A stretch of DNA of 38,367 nt from Octopus bimaculoides (lineage: Eukaryota): contig NC_068990.1 of NCBI RefSeq assembly GCF_001194135.2, forward strand, positions 29,478,579 through 29,516,945, given 5' to 3'. A program made the translations under genes and the position numbers. The notes below the pieces were generated by a model that did no database searches, was not told the DNA's origin, and saw nothing but the letters and a program-made list of their open reading frames with translations. Positions 11,843-23,802 of the stretch are shown one piece after another. Each line of letters starts with the position of its first letter. Position 1 is the first letter of the stretch.

Positions 11843-12072
11843 CATCATCATCATCGTTTAACGTCCGCTTTCTATGCTGGCATGGGTTGGACAGTTTGAC
11901 TGAGGTCTGGAAAGCCAGACTCCAATCAGATATTGCACCAGGCTCCAATCTGATCTGGCAACCTTTCTACAGCTGGATGCCCTTTCTACAGCTGGATGCC
12001 CTTTCTAACGCCAACCACTCCAAGAGTGTAGTGGGTGCTTTTTATGTGCCACCAGCATGGGACCAGTCAGCT
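11843..12072 (-). mobile_element. Family B (with a 20-bp internal duplication TTTCTACAGCTGGATGCCCT)
   Basis: Diagnostic sequence present. An opposite-orientation tail fragment lies at about 11386-11445. Confidence 0.82.
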
Positions 12073-12796
12073 GATGTAATATATACATATAGATGTGTAT
12101 GTATGTTTATATTTATATTTGTATGTATAAACATACACACACACACACACACAATCCAAATAGTAACTTTTCACTTTGAACTTTGGCATAAACTAGTGTT
12201 GCAAGCCAAGAAACAATTGTAGCTGATCATTAAAGATGTGTTAAAGGCTTTCTTTGTCTTCTCCCTTGGATTATCTGTTAATCTTCACTAAACCCACAAA
12301 ACAGTTTTACCAATGTGAAAGCAGGATTTTCTAAACCTGAAGAATTTCGGTATTAGTCTGGAATTTGACAGTGTTGATAGCCCAGAACTCAGGTTGAGTG
12401 CTTCATTGGAAATGCCCCATCTTTATACCCTACCAGGACCCTACATATGCATAAAAGAAGAAAAAGAAAATGGAGATTGGCATGTTAATAATTGTTTATT
12501 ATTAACAGCAAACTATTAACTTCACAAATTAACAACAGGCTGGAGGTTGGCAATCAAATATATTATTTAGCTACATCTGGATGTGTGTAGGTTCATTTTT
12601 GATAACATGCTCATGTATTGTTGATAACAAAAAAAAAGAGAAAAATTGGAAGTGGGTGTGGAGAAAAGGAAGCTGCATGTATAACACATAACTTAGAAGT
12701 AGCGCTATGGATGTACCAGCAGGCACGAGATTGAGACATGGCTGACCTCACGCACTTCTCATGAGGGATTCTGGAAGGAGCTTCATGAGACCACTG

Positions 12797-12982
12797 CTGA
12801 GACGCTTCCAGAAAAAAAGAAAAACAGAAAAGCTGTTGGAAAACCGATTATAGCAGCGACTCCATCAATTTCTAGGGATATCTGAAGAAGGAATTTTTAT
12901 TCCAAAATATCATATCAGACAATGGATGATTAAATTACAACAGTTCTTACAGTGCATTGTTGTGTCAGTCAAAACATTTTAT
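12797..12982 (+). mobile_element. Penelope-like terminal-repeat fragment, copy 2
   Basis: Diverged homologue of 5487-5670 with the hammerhead at the equivalent position. Confidence 0.6.
12877..12916 (+). ncRNA. Minimal type-I hammerhead motif, probably inactivated (G12>A)
   Basis: GATAT-CTGAAGA-A-GGAAT(TTTT)ATTCC-AAA-ATAT-C-ATATC: perfect 5-bp helices I and II, but the GAAA core is mutated to AAAA at 12904, consistent with a CpG transition. Confidence 0.68.
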
Positions 12983-13046
12983 TCTTTTTCCCAATATTCA
13001 TTTTCTTTTTCTTTTATATGAATATAAGCTATATGTTTTTATACAT

Positions 13047-13454
13047 AGGAGTGGCTGTGTGGTAAGTAGCTTGCTTACCAACCACATGGTTCCGGGTTCA
13101 TTCCCACTGCGTGGCATCTTGGGCAAGTGTCTTCTACTATAGCCTCGGGCCGACTAAAGCCTTGTGAGTGGATTTGGTAGGCGGAAACTGAAAAAAGCCT
13201 GTCGTTTATATGTATATATATATATGTATGTGTGTGTATATGTTTTTTGTGTCTGTGTTTGTCCCCCCAACATCACTTGACAACCGATGGTGGTGTGTTT
13301 ACGTCCCCGTAACTTAGCGGTTCGGCAAAAGAGACCGATAGAATAAGTACTAGGCTGACAACGAATAAGTCCTGGGGTTGATTTACTCGACTAAAGGCAG
13401 TGCCCCAGCATGGCCGCAGTCAAATGACTGAAACAAGTAAAAGAGTAAAAGAGT
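13047..13454 (+). mobile_element. SINE family A, full length
   Basis: AGGAGTGGCTGTGTGG A box, GGTTCATTCCC B box and a tail with (AAAGAGT)2. An extra tail fragment lies at about 13495-13557. Confidence 0.88.
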
Positions 13455-14766
13455 ATACCCATTATTTTAAGTAAATTTTAAGAAATAAGTTGATTTGTTT
13501 GACTAAAGGTGGTGCTCCAGCGTGGCCACAGTCAAATGACTGAAACAAATAAAAGAGATTGTGCATTCACAATAATGAATATATATGCGTTGGCATTGTC
13601 TACCTTTCCTTACCTGCGTGGGACACCCCTGCCTCACCTTGGGCAAACTTCACTTATAAGCAACAAATACCTGCATTTGGTTTGAACTTCTGACCTTTAT
13701 TTAAGCTTGCGACACATTTTTAGCTATTTTGCTTTTAATTCTATACAAAACAGGAGGTAGGGGGAGGGGCTGTGAGTGGTCATGTGATCTACCAGAAATA
13801 GCAGCAAGGTCTTCCTCAAAATGCATCCCCATTGTTTTATGGAAGAACACATTTGTTGATGTATTCTTAGGTAAACTATACGGTGTCATAAAATAACTTG
13901 TGATGGTCATTTGTGGAATGCTATTGAACATAAAGAACTTGTTATAGAAGTATTCCAACAACAGCAGCAGCAGCATCTTCACCATCATCATCATCATCAT
14001 ATTATTACCATTGCCATTATTATTGTCGTATCATCAGCATAATCATCACCATTGTAATCATCATCATCATTATTGTTATTGTCACCATCATCACCATCAC
14101 CATTTTTCTCACCATCATCATCACCACAACCACCATCTTCACCACCATCATCATCATCATTCATCATGAACTCTTTAGGCAGGAAGTCATCCCATATCGT
14201 TCCCTCTTATCCCTGTCTCTCCATCTCATTAGATACCTATTGCCCTTAAACCCTTAAACAGTTGCTTTCTACATCAGTTCGTTACATATTCAGCATCATT
14301 AAAGGTTATCATTTATTTCTCCAGATCCCTTTCAGATTCTTCTTTTTAATTTTTTTTTTCTTTGTATTTTCCATTCCTATGGCCTGAGATCTGTTAGTAG
14401 TTTCTATGGCAACTTAGAACAACTTCCTCGGTTCTCACAGCCATAATAATACAACTGCTGTTTTCTGAATTGATTTCGAAATAGCTGACTGGCAAAAGGA
14501 AGTTCATTCGATGCCTTCATTCCATAAATGGCTAATCCATGCTACTCTAAGTATTTGGTGAAGAAATACCTTTTAAAAGACTTCTGACATATTAGAATCA
14601 AATTGGAATAATGTTCATTATTCTATATCGTACTACAATGTAGTCGATGCCATGATTTATATTATGTCTATGGTTCCAACTCAAAGCTGAGTTAAGCGGT
14701 CGAAGCCATAGACATGGTGTGGTACCATTCACAAGACAAGATCTGCGCAGTGCATCACCCTAAGTT

Positions 14767-15147
14767 GCTGGCTGTGTAGTAAGAAGATTGCTTCCCAACC
14801 AAACAGTTCTGAGTTCAGTCCTATCGTATGGCACCCTGGGCAAATGTCTTCTATAGCCTTGGGCCAAACAAACCCTTGTGAGTGGATTCGGTAGATGGAA
14901 ACTGAAAGAAGCCTGTCATGTATGTGTGTGTGTATGTGTATGTTCCTGTGTTTGCCCCCACTACTGCTTAACAACTAGTGTTGGTCTGTTTACATCCCTA
15001 TAACTTTGTGGTTCATCAAGAGACTTATGGAATAATTTACCTGGCTTTAAAAAAAATAGACGAACTGAGGTTGATTCATTCAACTAAAATTCTTTGAGGT
15101 GGTGCTGCAGCATGGCCACAATCTGATGACTGAAACAAGTAAAAGAT
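14767..15147 (+). mobile_element. SINE family A, full length, diverged
   Basis: Head, core and tail align with 13047-13454. Confidence 0.8.
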
Positions 15148-16004
15148 GTCTTTGATGTCTTTTGCTCTTCTCAAGAACGTTTTACTTTTTGGCTTTGGCA
15201 TCGGCAATTTCTTCATTTAAACCAGTAAAGGGTTTTCTTAAAACCTGAGAAGGGATTTAATAACCTTTTTTTTTACTTGTTTCATTCATTTGACCGTGGC
15301 CATGCTAGGGTAAGGGTTCTTGTCGAACAAATTGACTCCAGGACTTATTTTTTCAATTAGAAAATTACTATTTGTAAATCTCACAACGAGAGATATTCAG
15401 CAATAGTACTTTGGAGTAAAGATTGTTTGCCAACATATCATGGCAGTCCTGGTTTAGGATGAATGTTGCTGTAATTTAGCCCCAGGAGACATCATCTCCA
15501 GCTGGCTGTACGACATGATCTGTGTCCTTATATTTTCGAACAAGGGAATCTAGCACCCACACTCAGCTCAAAATATCTGTGTCTTGTGATTTCCCGGTTA
15601 TTTCCCTTCATATGTACAGAATAATTGTTCGGCTAGAGGTTAACTCTTTATTACTGGCACAAAGCCTAAACACAAAGGGGACATACACAGACATGCAGGA
15701 ACAAAAAACACATGAAAGGATGAATGTGAAATGAATAAAATTACGATGCAAATGAGACGGCCATCTCGCTCCCGCTGCGAGATGAAACTGTGGATTCCTT
15801 TTCCTTTAAATTTTATATTTTACATAACAATTTCTAGCCTCGCTCCGAGGTGAAACCGTGACTTCCCTTTTCGCTTTCACCTTATACTTTTAAACTTCTT
15901 AAACAAATGTTCATACAGGATTTACTTATTTTCTTTTTCCTTTTTTAAAACCAAAAAAATTCAACCAAATGTTTTTCACAGTTTCTAATTAAATTACGAC
16001 TTAC

Positions 16005-16128
16005 CACTTCATCTTCTCCTTTTCATCCACACAATTCAAGACGTGAGGTTCAACATCCACCTCCGGCCTCAGTGGGATCAGTCTCTCACACTGTCTTTCA
16101 GTTTGCAATCTTTTAAGTTTGGGGTGTC
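16005..16128 (-). CDS. Candidate exon of an unidentified minus-strand gene
   Basis: Strong donor GTG|GTAAGT at 16005/16004, unique purine-rich sequence, and one open frame (HPKLKRLQTERQCERLIPLRPEVDVEPHVLNCVDEKEKMK). The acceptor is weak and no homology was recognised. Confidence 0.3.
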
Positions 16129-16289
16129 CTATATCTCACTATATATAATTTTACGTGCCACCGGCACAGGGGCCAGAGGGTGCTGGCATTGACCCCATTT
16201 GGATGGTGCTTTTACATGCTACCAGTACAGGGGCCAGTCAGGGCAAGGGAATTCCAATGCATATTTCTGGTTTTGAATTAAGCTCGTCA

Positions 16290-16480
16290 TTATATTCCTC
16301 CCTGAACGGGACATCGGTCCATCACAGGATTATTCACTTCTACCAGCCGAGTGGACTGGAGCAACATGAAATGAAGTGTCTCGCCCAAGAACACAGTTCA
16401 TTGCCTGGTCCAAGAATTGAAACTACAATCTTACAATCGTGAATCCAACGCCCCACAAACACTGAGCCATGCGCCTCCAC
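16290..16480 (-). mobile_element. SINE family E (tRNA-like head, CTTGRGCRAGACAC segment)
   Basis: The reverse complement reads GGAGGCGCATGGCTCAGTG..GTTTCAATTC..TGTGTTCTTGGGCGAGACACTTCATTTCATGTTGCTCCAGTCCACT. A related copy lies at about 30700-30990 (+). Confidence 0.65.
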
Positions 16481-17789
16481 GCTTTGCTTGCACGGACCCT
16501 CCAAAATTTTATGTGAACCTCTAGGGTTCATATGGACCCTGATTGAGAACCAGTGAAGTAGAGTGTGGGGTGGGAGGTGAGAAAGAGAGAAATGAGACTT
16601 TTTGACTTTTGGGATTTTTCCAAGGACATTTGTGGTGAGTTGACCCAAGAATTAATAACACAGAATTAGTTGCTAACCCTCAGCAACAGGACAAATATTG
16701 TAGGGGTCCAGGGTGCTATTTTATCACTTACTATTACTGCGATATTGTTCTTTGCTTTCATTTTATATTTTGCACCCAAGGGAACTGGCCCTGGGGCCCC
16801 ACCCACACTACACTAATGTCAAGAATTGTTCGGTCAGGACAAAGATTTAGTAGAAGACCAAGTACATGTAGCCGTCTCTAAACTGTTTGTAGGAGATTAT
16901 TTAAACATTAACATGAATGAGGAGAGAAATAGGAGGAGAGAGAGACAGAGTAAAAGTGAGAGAAAGAGAGAGAGAGAGAGAGACTGACTGAGTGAAGAGA
17001 ATTGAAAAATGTTAGATTGATTGATAAATGAACTCTGTGTGTATGCGTGTATGTCTGTGTGTCTGTGTTGATGATTCTGTATGTGGGTGCATCGATGAAT
17101 ATGTAAGATTTTTGTGTGTGGATGAATGTGTTTGCGTGCGTATGTATATATGACTACGCTTGTGTGTGCATACGAATGTATGTGTTTGTGGGTTTATGTA
17201 GATAAATCTTGTGGCTGTATCGATGTGTTATCGATGAATACATTTGTGTGTTTGTGTATATATAAACGTTATATGCGTACAAGTGTGTGAATAAATGTGA
17301 GGATTTTCGTGCATGTATAAATGGGTGTGTTTTATGTGTAGATGAATGCATGAGTGTAAACATAGCTGAAGATGAATCCGTGTGTTTGCCGGTGTATGGA
17401 TATACACGAATGGACAAATATATGTGTATCCCTGGGGCAGTAAATGTACGTGCGTGTGTAAGTCTGTCTAGTTGTTAGTGTATGAATATGTGTGTTTATG
17501 TATGTGGAAGAATGTATGTGTATTTGTGAATAAATCTGTGGAATTTTGTTTCTTATGAATGAATGTGTGTGTGTGAATCTATTATTGTGTTTCTGTGAAT
17601 TAATTTTTATGTGTGAATGATTGAGTGTGTGTGTACAAGTGTAGCGTGTGTATGAATATCCATGTGTGTGTGTGTGTGTGTGTGTTTGTTTTCTGTGTGA
17701 ATATGTGTGCTTGTGTGTGGGTGTGTTTTGTGTATGAAAATCTGTGTAAATATATATGTGTGTGTGTCTTACTGTTCATTCTCTGATAT

Positions 17790-17900
17790 GAAAATTTATT
17801 GTTGTTGTTATTATCATTATTATTATTGTTATTATTATTATTATCATTATTATTGTTATTATTATTATTATTAGTAGTAGTAGTAGTAGTAGTAATAGCA
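17790..17900. repeat. (TAT)n/(TAG)n microsatellite
   Basis: Seen directly in the sequence. Confidence 0.9.
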
Positions 17901-18114
17901 GTAATATTGTGTTCAACTTGAGATTCCATTCTTTAATCAAATTGTTTTCTCTACTTTGTCACCTTAGAAACTCTGAATCCTGCATAACAGATGATGCCAA
18001 GGCCACACATTGCCATTTTATCAACACATTCTATGGTGACACTCATCACAACAACAACAACAACAAAATTCAACATGAATTAATATTGTTACATAAATAT
18101 CTTCTCCAACAGAT

Positions 18115-18475
18115 TTCTCTTCTAGTCTTCTTCTTCTTCTTCTCCTTCTCCTCCTTTTTCTTTTTATTTTTCTTATTTTTCTTCTTTTTCTACTTTTTCT
18201 TTTCTTCTCCTTCTTTTTCTACTTTTCTTCATCTTTTTCTCTTTTTTCTTTTTCTCCTTTTTCTTTTTCCTCTTTTTCGTTTCTTTTCTTCTTCTTTTTC
18301 TACTTTTTCTTTTCTTCTCCTTCTCCTTCTTTTTCTACTTTTTCTTCTTCATCTTTTTCTCTTTTTCTCCCTTTTCTTTTTCCTCTTTTTCGTTTCTTTT
18401 CTTCTTTTTCTACTTTTTCTTTTCTTCTCCTTCTTCTTCTTCTTCGGAGGAGGAGGAGGAGGAGGAGGAGGAAAA
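18115..18475. repeat. Polypyrimidine low-complexity tract switching abruptly to (GGA)n
   Basis: About 330 bp of almost pure C/T (CTT/TTTC units), then GGA x8 at about 18447-18471. Confidence 0.9.
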
Positions 18476-18873
18476 GAATTGGAGAGGGCACTTGCCCTTG
18501 GTATTCAGGAAGATCTTGTATAGTGGGGTTCCTCAATCATCCCTAGAGCTCCTCCTGTATCAATGGCACCACATCACTATCGACTTTTTTCTCTCTCTCT
18601 CTCTCTCTCTCTTACTCTCATATTCTACACATACTTCCCTTTTATTGTATATTGTGTACACTTTTCTCTTTTTTTTAATCATTCCATTCTACATAAACCC
18701 CAACACTTTGTATTGTTCCCCTCATCCTTCGCTCTAGTGGCAAATAAAAGAAATCAATATTATTATTATTATTATCATTATTATTATTATTATTATTATT
18801 CTGACAAATGTGTTCACCATCAACGAAACACTGGAGACGCTGCAGCCTTAGTACATGTTTGCACATTATCTTT

Positions 18874-19955
18874 CACAGCATGACCAGTTCTCCATTCAGT
18901 GGGTGTTGACAGAAAATGGAGTGCTTAACCAATAGAATGCAACCCTTCTACAGAAAGCAGAAGAATACATGCTCCAGTTTGGTCAGGCATGAACTGGAGC
19001 AAAGTACAACAGTCAGGCACTAATATACAACAGAGGTGATATATGCATCCATCACCTCTGCTTGACCTTTCAGGGAAAGCTTTCTCTCAACCCATTTCTG
19101 CTTGTGGAGGTCTGGACCAAACCAGACCCCAAGCAATTTAACTCGGCCCTCTGTCCAGCATCCTTCAACATGGTTGGAAGGCATGGACCTGCCTCTCCAG
19201 GTGCTGAGCTGCAGGTCCACTGAATTTCCTTGGTTGGTGTTTTGCTCCTGTCACCCTCTCATATTCTTTTGAAGTAAGACCAGTCAGGTTTGGGGTCCAA
19301 CACTATGGCAGTGACATAGTCCATGTACGCTGATACGGTTCTCCCATGTCCTAGTTCAAGCTGCATGTTCCTGAATGTCTTTAGTTTTACTCAACAGTGG
19401 CTCTAGAACCAATACATATAGAAGAGATGAGAAGGGACCATATAGAAGAGATGAGAAGGGGCAACCTTGATGGACCAAATGCATGATGCTGAATGGTTCC
19501 CATGGGTAATCATTCACACAAACCAGTGAGCAGACATTGCTGTACATTGCACTAATCCAACTGCAGAAGACAAGACTGAAACTGGTTGCCATGGGAACAG
19601 CCACCAAGTACTGATGGTCAATGCTATCAAAGGTTTTAGATTGATCTAAATTGACCAGAGAACAACCTGTGCCAGATTCATTACTGACCTTCTTTCTCTA
19701 TGATGTATTGCATGAGGTAGTGGTTGTCATGGATAGATTTGCCTATCCATGGCACATGTTTATGCACCACTAATCAGACCCTTGATGACAAGTGCCGACT
19801 CCTTGCTAACACCTTAGCCAAAATTCTAAAATCTGCATTTAGCTGAGTAATGGGGCCAAAAATTATCAATGTGAGCCCCTTTATTTGAGTCCTTTTTTAG
19901 CAGTGCTACCACTCCTCAACTCGCAGAACTGGAAATCTACCTGTTCTGTAAAGAC
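18874..19955 (-). mobile_element. Decayed L1/Tx1-clade LINE, reverse transcriptase fragment
   Basis: Minus-strand motifs: GVVALLKKDSNKGAHIDNFWPITQLNADFRILAKVLAR, SLVNLDQSKTFDSIDHQYL, HQGCPFSSLLY..VLVLEPLL, SAYMDYVT (degenerate YADD at 19316-19327), VKLLGVWFGPDL, RKLSLKGQAEV and KLEHVFFCFL..CQHPLNG. There are multiple stops and frameshifts. Confidence 0.9.
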
Positions 19956-20014
19956 AAACGAAATACTGCAAAGCATTTTGTCCAACAATCCAACGATTCT
20001 ATCAGCTCACTGCT

Positions 20015-20054
<40 letters not shown>

Positions 20055-21060
20055 TCCTTTCTATTATAGGCACAAGGCCTGAAAATTTTGGGGGAGGGGA
20101 CAAGTCGATTACATTGACTCCAGTACGAGGATGAAAGGCAAAGTCAACCTTAGTGAAATTTGAACTCAGAACATCAAGATGGATGAACTGCTGTAAGCAT
20201 TTTGTCCGTCATACTAACGATTCTGCCAGCTTGCCACCTTGGAATGATAATAATCTTTTCTACTCTAGGCATAAAGCCCGAAATTTGTGGGGAGGGGTTC
20301 ACTCGATTAGATCGACCCCAGTACGGAACTGGTACTTGATTTATCGACCCCGAAAGGATGAAAGGCAAAGCTGACCTCAGCTGAATTTGAACTCAGAACG
20401 TAAAGACAGACGAAATACCTATTTCTTTACTGCCCACAAGGGGCTACACACAGAGGGGACAAACAAGGACAGACAAACAGATTAAGTCGATTATATCGAC
20501 CCCGAAAGGATGAAAGGCAAAGTCGGCCGCGGCGGAAATACCACTAAGCATTTCGCCCAGCGTGCTAACATTTCTTCTAACCATACCACCTTTAATAATG
20601 ATAGACAATAAGAAGAGCACGTTGCGATTTGTAATAGAGATTGTTTATTTAACAGTTTGAACCATGTTTCAAAAGATTGTCTGTCTTCTTCAGGTTCAAA
20701 ATGTCAAGTGGGAAAAACTGCAGCAACACAGAAATTCAAAAATATAAAGGAGGAAATCCTGTGTTCCTATTTACATAAAATGGCATCATCAGTTTTTACT
20801 TTCATAACTAGTAAAAAGAATAATAATAATAATAGTAATAATGGCTTCTGATTTAGGCACAAAGCTAGCGATTTTGGTGGGAGGGGCCAAGTATATACCC
20901 TGAGTCCCAGTACTTGACTGGGATTGACCGTATTGGATTGACCCCAAATGAATGAAAGGTTAAGTTGACCACAGCAAGATTTGAACTCAGAACATAAAGA
21001 GCTGAAACGAATAGTGTGAAGCATCTTCTTCCACCACTCTAATGATTCTGCCAGTTCAGC
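19955..21060 (-). mobile_element. Cluster of SINE family C copies (about 19955-20015, 20062-20240, 20267-20592 nested pair, 20853-21060) separated by (TAA)n
   Basis: Repeated GGCACAAGGCC..ATCGACCCC..AAAGGATGAAAGGCAAAG..ATTTGAACTCAGAAC..CTGCCAGC, which is the reverse complement of a tRNA-headed SINE. Confidence 0.82.
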
Positions 21061-21199
21061 AGGTTTTTGTCAATCAATAATTTATAATAACTGTTTGATA
21101 ATTTACAAATATCAACTTGCAACACCTCATTAAAGTGAGAGAGAGAGAGAAAAGAGAAAAAAGAAAGATGTAAAATAAAATTGAAGATAAAAGAGAACT

Positions 21200-21920
21200 T
21201 CATACACACACACACACAGCAGACAGACACACGTACTCATACAGACACACATGCACATGCATGCAGACACAACACATACACACACACACATGCACATGCA
21301 ACAGATACACATGTACTCACACAGACACACATGCACAGATGCAACACACACATATGCACTCAGCTGACAGACACGTGTACTCACACACAGACATGCACAT
21401 GCACGCACAGATGCAACACATACACACAACACACACATATACACACACACACACAGACAACAGACACACACATATGCACTCAGCAGATAGATACATGTAC
21501 TCACACAGACACACAACACACACACACACATGCAACACACACATACGCACACAGCAGACAGACACACGTACTCACACAGACACACATGTACATGCACGCA
21601 CAGACGCAACACATACACACACACATACACACAAATACTNNNNNNNNNNCACAGCAGACAGACACACGTACTCACACAGACACACATGTACATGCACGCA
21701 CAGACGCAACACATACACACACACATACACACAAATACTCACACAGCAGACAGACACACATACTCACAGACACAGATGCAACACACATGCAACACACGCA
21801 CATATGCACACAACAGATAGACACACGTACTCACACAGACACACATGGACACACGCACAGACACAACATATGCACACAACACACACACACACACGCGTCA
21901 TACCCAGACACACACACACA
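21200..21920. repeat. CA-rich cryptic minisatellite
   Basis: Recurrent ACAGCAGACAGACACACGTACTCACACAGACACAC units. This tract accounts for the long H/T-rich and C/V-rich pseudo-ORFs. Confidence 0.85.
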
Positions 21921-22104
21921 GTGAACATGTGTACACATATAAACAGAGACTTCTAAACACTAAAATAGAGGACGTGTATGCCTAGTATTAAGGGTACAAC
22001 GCTTGTATGCAACTCTACAACCTCTGTCAAATGTGTGTGTGTTGTGTTTGACTAAACGTGTGTGCATGTTTTACATATGTCTACATATACATACATACAT
22101 ACAT

Positions 22105-22152
<48 letters not shown>

Positions 22153-23013
22153 CCTGCAAATCTGCAGTTAATTCTATACATATATACACATGCACATATA
22201 AATGTATAATGTGTATGTATGTATATACATATGCGTGTGTGTATGTCTGTGTATTTATACATAGACAGAGACAAACATATCTATGTAGATATTTTGTGTG
22301 TGGAGGGATGTGTAAGTATATGTATACACACACACACACATAATCTATTCATTCAACCAATATCATGACATCAATATCTTGAATGATTCATCAACCTGTC
22401 TCTTCCACCTTTAACCACCCTCCTCCACCCCCACCCCCCGCTCTTACCATGCCACCCTGACGTTGCCACCGCAATATTTATGGGTTTCCTGAGGTTTCCA
22501 AAATTACTATTAGAATTAAGTGGCACCAAATTAGCATAACGTTTTTGATTATGCCATTAGTTTTTAACTTTATTTTATTTTTATTTTATTTGCTACTAAA
22601 ATCAGTTGAACAGCTTCCCTCAAACANNNNNNNNNNNNNNNNNNNNNNNNNNNNNNNNNNNNNNNNNNNNNNNNNNNNNNNNNNNNNNNNNNNNNNNNNN
22701 NNNNNNNNNNNNNNNNNNNNNNNNNNNNNNNNNNNNNNNNNNNNNNNNNNNNNNNNNNNNNNNNNNNNNNNNNNNNNNNNNNNNNNNNNNNNNNNNNNNN
22801 NNNNNNNNNNNNNNNNNNNNNNNNNNNNNNNNNNNNNNNNNNNNNNNNNNNNNNNNNNNNNNNNNNNNNNNNNNNNNNNNNNNNNNNNNNNNNNNNNNNN
22901 NNNNNNNNNNNNNNNNNNNNNNNNNNNNNNNNNNNNNNNNNNNNNNNNNNNNNNNNNNNNNNNNNNNNNNNNNNNNNNNNNNNNNNNNNNNNNNNNNNNN
23001 NNNNNNNNNNNNN

Positions 23014-23204
23014 AATTTTGCGGGAGGGGGCCAGTTGATTAAATCAACTCCAGTGTGTAATTGGTACTCAATTTATTGACCCCAAAAGGATGGGAGGTAA
23101 TGTTGACCTCAGCAGAATTTGAACTCAGACCGTAGCAGCAGACGAAATACCACTCAGCATTTTGCCCGGCGTGCTAACAGTTCTGCCAGCTTGCCACCTT
23201 AATA

Positions 23205-23243
<39 letters not shown>

Positions 23244-23463
23244 GTAATAATAACAATCCTTTCTACTATAGGCACAAGGCCTGAAATTTGGGGGTAGGGA
23301 TAGTCAATTACATCGACCCCAGTGGGTAACTGGTACTTAATTTATCGACCCCGAAAAAATGAAAGGCAAAGTGAACCTCAGCGGAATTTGAACTTAGAAC
23401 GTAACAGACGAAATACCGCTAAGTATTTCACCCAGCGTGCTAATGGTTCTGCCAGCTTACCAT
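23014..23463 (-). mobile_element. Two head-to-tail SINE family C copies (23014-23200, 23268-23463) joined by (TAA)n
   Basis: Same diagnostic sequence as the 19955-21060 cluster. Confidence 0.82.
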
Positions 23464-23465
23464 TT

Positions 23466-23502
<37 letters not shown>

Positions 23503-23802
23503 GTCATCATCATTATCATCATCATTCACATCATGATTACCATTGACATCATTATAAAATTTCATCAATATTATTTCACCAAGTTCTTTATTTGAAAAAT
23601 TAATTGAAACAAAAGCATTGTACGTTAACCGAAATACGACATCAAAAGGGTTAAGGGAGACACGTTTATCTTTAGCAGGATTAACCCAGAATTAACCCCG
23701 CCTAAGACCTTGCAACAGGTTCTGTGGTACAAAGCTTTCGTTTTTAAGGGATCCAAATTAAAATCTTCCTTCAGAATTTCAGGGTAATTTTTTCAAGTAA
23801 CT

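Noticed and set aside
13614-13670. Minus-strand segment with strong donor CAG|GTAAGG
   Set aside because: All three frames contain stops and the acceptor is weak. At most it is a non-coding exon, which is unsupported.
17909-18523. 204-aa F/L/S-rich ORF
   Set aside because: It is the translation of a polypyrimidine low-complexity tract.
21130-21956. 200-247-aa H/T-rich and C/V-rich ORFs
   Set aside because: They are translations of CA/TG repeats and span an N gap.
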